Shown here one piece after another: positions 46,810 to 52,356 of a DNA stretch of 52,356 bases. Under the pieces are notes generated by a model. That model made no database searches and was not told where the DNA came from. It worked only from the letters and a program-made list of their open reading frames with translations. The stretch lies in IMG/VR virus record IMGVR_UViG_3300022218_000002, positions 1-52,356 of that record. The stretch is one strand, 5' to 3'. A program made the translations under genes and the position numbers. The number at the start of each line of letters is the position of its first letter. Position 1 is the stretch's first letter. This DNA is from a virus (taxonomy: Duplodnaviria; Caudoviricetes).

Positions 46810-47016
46810 GTGCACGAAGAAAAAGGAACGTTAATGACAAAAACAATTGAACTGCTTAAGGCCGACAAACGGTCGCTGTTCGAAATTAGTCAAAAGTCAG
46901 CAATTAAATTTTACTGGCTAAAAAAGTTCAGCCAAGGAGAATTCACAAATCCGAGCGTTAACCGGGTACAAGCACTTTATGAATTTTTAACAGAACAGCA
47001 ACTAACATTACAGTGA
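46810..47016 (+). CDS. Small HTH DNA-binding protein
   Basis: LFEISQKSAIKFYWLKKF...NPSVNRVQALYEFL; immediately upstream of the primase. Confidence 0.7.
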   Translation: MHEEKGTLMTKTIELLKADKRSLFEISQKSAIKFYWLKKFSQGEFTNPSVNRVQALYEFLTEQQLTLQ

Positions 47017-47022
47017 GGCGTT

Positions 47023-49293
47023 ATGCACCTAGAACATCTGAAAAGTCTAAAGCAATGGGCAGTATCAAAACCCGTTGTTGTAGACGGTAGGACGACTAAA
47101 CCGCCTTTCCAGACAAATGGTCGGCTTGCTAAATCAACGGACCCTAGCACCTGGTGTACATACGATGTAGCCAAGGACTCCCCGTATCCGTATTACGGAT
47201 TTATGCTTAGTGAATCCGACCCGTATACAATAATAGATTTAGACGAACCAGCAAACGCAGAACAAGCAGAACGTCATAAAACGATAATAAGCATACTGGA
47301 CAGTTACACCGAATTTAGCGTTAGCGGCAAAGGCGTACACATTATAGTTAAGGGACACATCCCAAAAGGTGTCCACAGGGATAACGTCGAAATGTATTCG
47401 ACGGCGCGCTTTATGGTTTTCACCGAAGAGCCCATCCGTAATAAACCAATCGAAAACAGGCAAGAGCTTATTTCGAATATGTTCGAACAGATGAACACTA
47501 CCAACGAAGCCAGCCTTGTCGAACTAGACGAACTAATAAGCGACGAAGAACTGGTTGCTATGGGCGAACGCGCAGAAAACGGCGACAAGTTCATGAGGCT
47601 TTGCCGTGGTGAATGGCAAGGGGACTACCCGAGCCAAAGCGAAGCGGACCTTGCGTTAATGTCTATACTTGCTTTTTATACTAAGAGTAATGAGCAGGTT
47701 AGGCGCCTTTTCAGGATGAGTGCGCTTGGTAAAAGAGCGAAAGCACAGCGAGACAGGTACTTAGACTACGCGCTCGAACGTATCCGGGGAAATGAGCCGC
47801 CCCCTGTGGACATAGAAAACATACCATCATTCGAGTTGGACCCACTAAAAGAGCAAGCGGCTTCTATGCCCACAGGGGAGTCATTTGAATCGTTCCAAGA
47901 AACAGTTGTGAACGCTGTTGCGGAAAAGACAGGGTTAACAGGAGGGGTGTTGACTGAACCTTTCGAGACAGACATATTCCCTCCCGGTCTAATGGGAGAC
48001 GTGGCGCGGTACATTTACGAAACGGCAGTGCGCCCGGTGAAACAAGTAGGGCTTGCCGCTGCTATCGGCCTGTTTGCTGGTATATGCGGAAGAGGCTACA
48101 ACATCAGCGGTACGGGCTTGAACCAGTATGTAATATTGCTGGCGGGAACTGGCACCGGAAAAGACGGTATTACGGCAGGCATAGACAGGCTACTCATAGC
48201 CATGCGGCAAAAGATACCAGTTGTAGACAGGTGTATTGGACCGGCAGGCTTTGCCAGCGGTCAGGCGCTTGTTAGAGCGCTGGACAACCAACCATGCTTT
48301 GTTTCAATACTGGGGGAGTTTGGTATAACGTTGCAGCAATTGTGCGACCAGCGGGCCAACGTCAGTCAGCTTATGTTAAAGAGGGCGTTGCTAGACCTGT
48401 ATTCGCGCAGCGGGTTCGGGAAAGTGTTGCGGTCGAATGTATACGCAGATAGCGACAAGAACACCAAGGTGATAAACAGCCCGTGTGTTACGCTACTAGG
48501 TGAGTCTACGCCAGAAACATTCTACTCACACATAGACGAAACCCATATTCAAGAAGGGCTTGTTCCGCGCTTTAGCATTATCGAATACAAAGGGCCAAGA
48601 CCGGCGCGGAACAAACAGAGCGGCGCGGCGCCACACGAACTTCTTGTGGCTAGTATGTGTGCCATGGCGACAACGGCTTTGAGCAATGAGCAGCGCAGTA
48701 CGGTAACCATACCGCGCATAGACGAAGAAGCCGCAACGTTGTTGGACGCATTCGACATTGAGGCTGACGCCAAAATAAATGAGTCTTCGAATGAAATCGA
48801 TATACAGCTGTGGAACAGAGCGCACCTTAAAACTTTGAAGCTTGCGGCACTTGTTGCCGTCGGCGTGAACCACGCGAATCCGGTAATTGACGTGGAGGCG
48901 GCGCGGTGGGCTGTTGGGTTCGTACGTACTGAAGTCGAAGCTGTTGCAAACCATTACATGACGGGCAAGCACGGAACAGGCGACAGCCGACAAGAAGCGG
49001 ACTTGCGTGCGGCTATAACAGCGTACCGGAAACTGTCGCACAAAAAACGCAAACAGTACGGTGTGCCAGAAAAAGTTATTAGGGAACACAAGATAATTCC
49101 ATACAGTTATTTGCGTAATCGTTTAATAAAACTGAAATCATTTAAGGACGACAGGCGCGGTGCAACTAACGCTGTTAAGGGACTAATTAAGGACATGAGT
49201 GAAACAGACGTACTACGTCAAGTACCTCCGTTGGATGCCATAGCTAAGTACAAAACTAGAATTCATTTGTACTACCGAGGTGAGGAATGGTAA
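47023..49293 (+). CDS. Primase-polymerase/helicase (AEP N-terminus, helical bundle, P-loop C-terminus)
   Basis: IIDLD, SYTEFSVSGKGVHI, SQSEADLAL and AGTGTGKD motifs. Confidence 0.88.
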   Translation: MHLEHLKSLKQWAVSKPVVVDGRTTKPPFQTNGRLAKSTDPSTWCTYDVAKDSPYPYYGFMLSESDPYTIIDLDEPANAEQAERHKTIISILDSYTEFSVSGKGVHIIVKGHIPKGVHRDNVEMYSTARFMVFTEEPIRNKPIENRQELISNMFEQMNTTNEASLVELDELISDEELVAMGERAENGDKFMRLCRGEWQGDYPSQSEADLALMSILAFYTKSNEQVRRLFRMSALGKRAKAQRDRYLDYALERIRGNEPPPVDIENIPSFELDPLKEQAASMPTGESFESFQETVVNAVAEKTGLTGGVLTEPFETDIFPPGLMGDVARYIYETAVRPVKQVGLAAAIGLFAGICGRGYNISGTGLNQYVILLAGTGTGKDGITAGIDRLLIAMRQKIPVVDRCIGPAGFASGQALVRALDNQPCFVSILGEFGITLQQLCDQRANVSQLMLKRALLDLYSRSGFGKVLRSNVYADSDKNTKVINSPCVTLLGESTPETFYSHIDETHIQEGLVPRFSIIEYKGPRPARNKQSGAAPHELLVASMCAMATTALSNEQRSTVTIPRIDEEAATLLDAFDIEADAKINESSNEIDIQLWNRAHLKTLKLAALVAVGVNHANPVIDVEAARWAVGFVRTEVEAVANHYMTGKHGTGDSRQEADLRAAITAYRKLSHKKRKQYGVPEKVIREHKIIPYSYLRNRLIKLKSFKDDRRGATNAVKGLIKDMSETDVLRQVPPLDAIAKYKTRIHLYYRGEEW

Positions 49294-49317
49294 AACGGCA
49301 CCCAATACAACGGACCA

Positions 49318-49636
49318 TCCGTCCTAAAATCCGTCCTAAAAAAGTTGGCGAAAAGCGTAACGATACTAATGCTTTACGTATTCCGTTATTTCATTTAGGA
49401 CGGAAGGACGCGCTAAAACAGAAAAACAGGCTGCTATACGCGTATTTTTATAAAATTAAAAATGCTGTACTATGCGTCCTAAAGTTTAAAATTAATATAT
49501 ATATTATATATAAGTTATTATTATTATTACATTATTTAAGAGCACGGTTTAGGACGGATTTTAGGACGGAACACAACGCAAGTTTTGAAAAACAATGGAC
49601 AAATGTTTGAAACCATTAACAAATTTTTAGGACGGA
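49318..49636. repeat. Putative replication origin: TTTAGGACGGA repeats around an AT-rich core
   Basis: Six exact 11-mers (49318 and 49330 reversed; 49394, 49548, 49560 and 49626 forward) plus a partial copy at 49474. AT-rich core at about 49485-49540, directly after the primase gene. Confidence 0.75.
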
Positions 49637-49653
49637 CAGGAGTAAACGTTAAA

Positions 49654-50109
49654 ATGACCGGTAAGATGAGCAGAAACAAAGGGCAAAGAGCAGAGCGTGA
49701 GTTTTGTAAAATTTTGCAGACAGTAATAGACGATGTTTATGTCGGTGAGGAAGTGAAGCCGAAAGTAAAAAGGAACTTGATGCAAACGGCAGAAGGCGGT
49801 TACGATGTCAAAGGCATTGACTGGCTGGCTTTGGAAGTAAAACATCAAGAAGCTTTAAACTTAACTGCATGGTGGAAACAAACATTGCAGCAGGCGAAGG
49901 CAGGACAAATACCGGTACTCGCTTATAAGCAAAATAGAAAACCATGGCGAATACGTATGCCTGCTTACCTAGGTGCTGATGTAGGAGCATTGGTTGAGGT
50001 ATCATTAGAAGACTTTTTACGTTACTTTAGCAATCGTATACAAGCTGCTAGATCCGAAGTGACATACACACTGAAAAGAAAGTTGAAGTCTAATGCAAAC
50101 AATAATTGA
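49654..50109 (+). CDS. Holliday junction resolvase-like PD-(D/E)XK nuclease
   Basis: SRNKGQRAERE, GGYDV, LEVKHQE, WWKQT and YKQNRKPW motifs. Confidence 0.82.
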   Translation: MTGKMSRNKGQRAEREFCKILQTVIDDVYVGEEVKPKVKRNLMQTAEGGYDVKGIDWLALEVKHQEALNLTAWWKQTLQQAKAGQIPVLAYKQNRKPWRIRMPAYLGADVGALVEVSLEDFLRYFSNRIQAARSEVTYTLKRKLKSNANNN

Positions 50110-50545
50110 GCACCCAAAGAAAAAAGAAGCACTTGACCTTTTGCTGATAACAGAAACAGAAGCTCTAGACTTTGAACGCGATATAAGCAAGTGGTTTAGA
50201 GTCGATGACTTAGTTGGAGTATGGGGTTCTGTCTGTGAAATAGTAATAAAGTACAATACTATCTTCGAAGAAATACACAAGTATGTTGTTGAAGCAAACA
50301 GGACGTTTGATAAGTTGGATAGTATACTGTTCTACAAATTTGCTAGACCACACTTGCTGGACTTTTTAGGAGCTATCGTGAAAGAACTAAAGAGCAAAGG
50401 TAAGTTTATCAAATCTGCCAGTATCAAAGAATATAGCTGTGCTGCTTGTAAGAGTAATAAATGCAAAATTAGCGTATCGAAACTTTTGCCGCATAACGTG
50501 CTAAACAATTACTGCATGTTCGGTAAGTGGAAGGAGTTGTTGTAA
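50093..50545 (+). CDS. Hypothetical protein
   Basis: ORF in an overlapping gene chain. Confidence 0.5.
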   Translation: MQTIIEHPKKKEALDLLLITETEALDFERDISKWFRVDDLVGVWGSVCEIVIKYNTIFEEIHKYVVEANRTFDKLDSILFYKFARPHLLDFLGAIVKELKSKGKFIKSASIKEYSCAACKSNKCKISVSKLLPHNVLNNYCMFGKWKELL

Positions 50546-50865
50546 TGGCTGAAAAGATGAGCTTGAAAGAATGGGCTGAAAGACAACGTAAGTTGTCAGC
50601 CGTTAAAGGGAACGTAAGAAGATGGAGTGGAAGTTCCATCCCGTATCTTAGAACTACGTTAAATGAACTCGCAAAAGGAGACGTAAAAGAAATCGTTATT
50701 ATGAAAGGTTGTACACCCGGTTTCACTTGTACGCCAGAACTTAAGCTTGCACCTGGAATCCAAAAACAAACAATAGAAAACGCTGTGCAAACTGGCTATA
50801 CACGGTTGCGCACAATAGCGTTGTTCCGGTGTATGGGAGCGACGGAAGAAGAGGGTGAAGAATGA
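50545..50865 (+). CDS. Hypothetical protein
   Basis: GGAAGGAG RBS; TAATG coupling with the upstream gene. Confidence 0.45.
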   Translation: MAEKMSLKEWAERQRKLSAVKGNVRRWSGSSIPYLRTTLNELAKGDVKEIVIMKGCTPGFTCTPELKLAPGIQKQTIENAVQTGYTRLRTIALFRCMGATEEEGEE

Positions 50866-51122
50866 GCATACCACTTAGAACAGGGCTAACACTCAAAGCG
50901 TGTGCTTGCGGTGCACACTACGTTCTTATAGACAAGGTAACCAACGGTGAAGCTGAAAGCTTAGGCTTTATTAAACTTAAGACAAGACATGTTATTTGCT
51001 GTCTGGGTTGTAGTGAACAAACAAACGATTGTACTACACAGGTAGAAGCTGCGGTAGCGTGGAATACGTTGTGTAGTAAACAAACACAGCCGAAGGTTGC
51101 AATGGAGGATTACCGTGAGTAA
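50862..51122 (+). CDS. Small Zn-ribbon protein (Lar-like pattern)
   Basis: LKACAC...CLGC...EAAVAWN. Confidence 0.5.
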   Translation: MSIPLRTGLTLKACACGAHYVLIDKVTNGEAESLGFIKLKTRHVICCLGCSEQTNDCTTQVEAAVAWNTLCSKQTQPKVAMEDYRE

Positions 51123-51468
51123 AGCATCTAAGCAGCGTTGGCGTACTAAAGCTAAACACTTTTGGAATAAGCTACCGAAAAAAATAAGGCGTACAATGCG
51201 CGGCTCTTTAAATCACAGTTGGGTACAAGAGTATGAAGTAGTAGCGAGGTCTATCCGTGTTCACGAAGAAGTTTTCAATTGCAGCCTAGATGACGCTAAA
51301 GCAGAAGTGAAACAATTGTTTGATAAAGCCAACTTAATGTTGAGCGCAGAAGAGCACAAGAAACAGTTCGTAGATAACTTGAACATTGAGCGAGACGGCA
51401 ATAGACTTTCATGGACAGTAACACTACCTGTCAGCGTACATATGGTAAAAGACAATGACACGGTTTAA
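51115..51468 (+). CDS. Hypothetical protein
   Basis: GGAGG before GTG 51115. Confidence 0.45.
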   Translation: MSKASKQRWRTKAKHFWNKLPKKIRRTMRGSLNHSWVQEYEVVARSIRVHEEVFNCSLDDAKAEVKQLFDKANLMLSAEEHKKQFVDNLNIERDGNRLSWTVTLPVSVHMVKDNDTV

Positions 51469-52213
51469 AGTCGAAATGGATATACGCGAATTTATGGCCG
51501 GTGCTAAACGGCACCTTGGATGGAACTGGCCGCTCACTGTGGTTAACGCCTTCTTCGAGATAGCAGGACATGCGCATGGTGCGGCAAAAGATAGAACTAG
51601 TGACGAGTTTGATTTGCAGTCAAACTTTATTACCGATGCTATAAAGTTCGTACCGAATACAAACTCACAAAAGAACGCTGCAATTAACTCGCTAATAAAA
51701 CACAATGATTTAATGGCCGCTGTTTATGTGCGTGGTGCGTCGAAGCCAAAGAACAGCCTAGACTTTATGGCTGACCATGAATACAGCGGTACACGCACAC
51801 CACACGGTAAGCACAAAGCGCTTGCTATGCCGCAAGAACAGTTAAAGACTAAAGCCTATCGTACTGGTAGGGGTAAGACTGCCAAGAGGTGGAAGCCACA
51901 AGAGTTATTGAAAAGGTATAGAGAAACAGGTAGTACGTACAACGATAGCACTACCACAAACAAGGGCCAGAAGTTAGGGCCACAACGAAGGCGTATACCC
52001 GGCTCGCCTTTTATCATCAGAGGTAAAGCAGGCACACCAATGATAGCAAGGAGGTTATCGTTTAAGAAGAAGGGAGACCTTGAGTTCTTGTATGCATTGA
52101 AGGACAAAGGGTTTGTGCCTAGACGATGGGAGTTCACAGAAGAAGTGTGGAAGGATGTTGGTAATACATACGGTGTTGTAATACCAGACCACATTAGACG
52201 AATGAAATTCTAG
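51455..52213 (+). CDS. Basic protein, possibly neck/tail-completion (gpZ-like)
   Basis: 252-aa basic ORF and last gene before the cos end; HEYSGTRTP motif. The assignment is weak. Confidence 0.4.
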   Translation: MTRFKVEMDIREFMAGAKRHLGWNWPLTVVNAFFEIAGHAHGAAKDRTSDEFDLQSNFITDAIKFVPNTNSQKNAAINSLIKHNDLMAAVYVRGASKPKNSLDFMADHEYSGTRTPHGKHKALAMPQEQLKTKAYRTGRGKTAKRWKPQELLKRYRETGSTYNDSTTTNKGQKLGPQRRRIPGSPFIIRGKAGTPMIARRLSFKKKGDLEFLYALKDKGFVPRRWEFTEEVWKDVGNTYGVVIPDHIRRMKF

Positions 52214-52315
52214 TGGTGTGCTATATGTCTAACGATACTACGATACATGCCTACCAGATAAGGTCGAGTGATCTAATCGATTGGTCGACTATATATCTGA
52301 TCGCAATCTACTTTT

Positions 52316-52322
52316 GGGTCCT
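52316..52322 (+). promoter_or_regulatory. cosQ-like element GGGTCCT
   Basis: Exact lambda cosQ heptamer, 21 nt upstream of the terminal repeat. Confidence 0.6.
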
Positions 52323-52343
52323 CCTATACCGGCCCTGGTACCG

Positions 52344-52356
52344 GGTTACGGCGAAG
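52344..52356. repeat. Right terminal direct repeat GGTTACGGCGAAG (putative cos cohesive end)
   Basis: Identical to positions 1-13. Confidence 0.8.

Noticed and set aside
47014-47025. Second UGA readthrough fusing the HTH gene to the in-frame primase (similarly TGA-ATG at 39446-39451)
   Set aside because: The downstream genes have their own ATG and SD-like sequence, and I saw no comparable hairpin. These look like ordinary gene junctions.
49287-49610. 107-aa ORF after the primase
   Set aside because: It runs through the repeats and AT-rich core, giving a low-complexity translation; more likely non-coding origin DNA.
202-52194. Numerous 60-190 aa ORFs antisense to or overlapping assigned genes
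   Set aside because: They lack RBSs and recognisable motifs and lie opposite well-supported genes; treated as shadow ORFs.
1-52356. Genome-wide UGA reassignment (code 4/25) as the explanation for the terL stop
   Set aside because: TGA ends many genes at expected positions, often overlapping the next start (e.g. 4667, 15337, 16403, 19243). No other conserved gene is fragmented.

Overview
The window looks like a complete ~52.3 kb tailed-phage genome, probably lytic (no integrase or repressor module recognised). It opens at a lambda-type cos site: a 13-nt direct repeat at both ends, with a cosQ-like GGGTCCT upstream. The + strand (69-27599) carries lambda-like packaging and head genes, a Mu-like contractile tail and baseplate, and a ~8 kb receptor-binding module. 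The - strand (27591-46437) carries an amidase, a family A DNA polymerase, a clamp-like protein, a 7-deazaguanine DNA-modification cluster (dpdA, folE, queD, queC, queE), a histone H1-like protein, a helicase, small accessory genes and recombination genes. The + strand (46563-52213) carries a primase-helicase, a repeat-flanked origin candidate, a resolvase and small genes. The most striking observation is a single in-frame TGA in the essential large terminase, at a position I recall as Ser/Cys in gpA homologues. It is followed 12 nt later by a hairpin with bacterial SECIS-like geometry, making this a candidate selenocysteine-recoded packaging motor. A nonsense mutation or sequencing error is the main alternative. 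Other signals include a 48-nt tRNA-like mini-element, an RBS-occluding hairpin in front of queE and a P2-type -1 frameshift. All family assignments come from motif recognition and gene order; no database searches were run.
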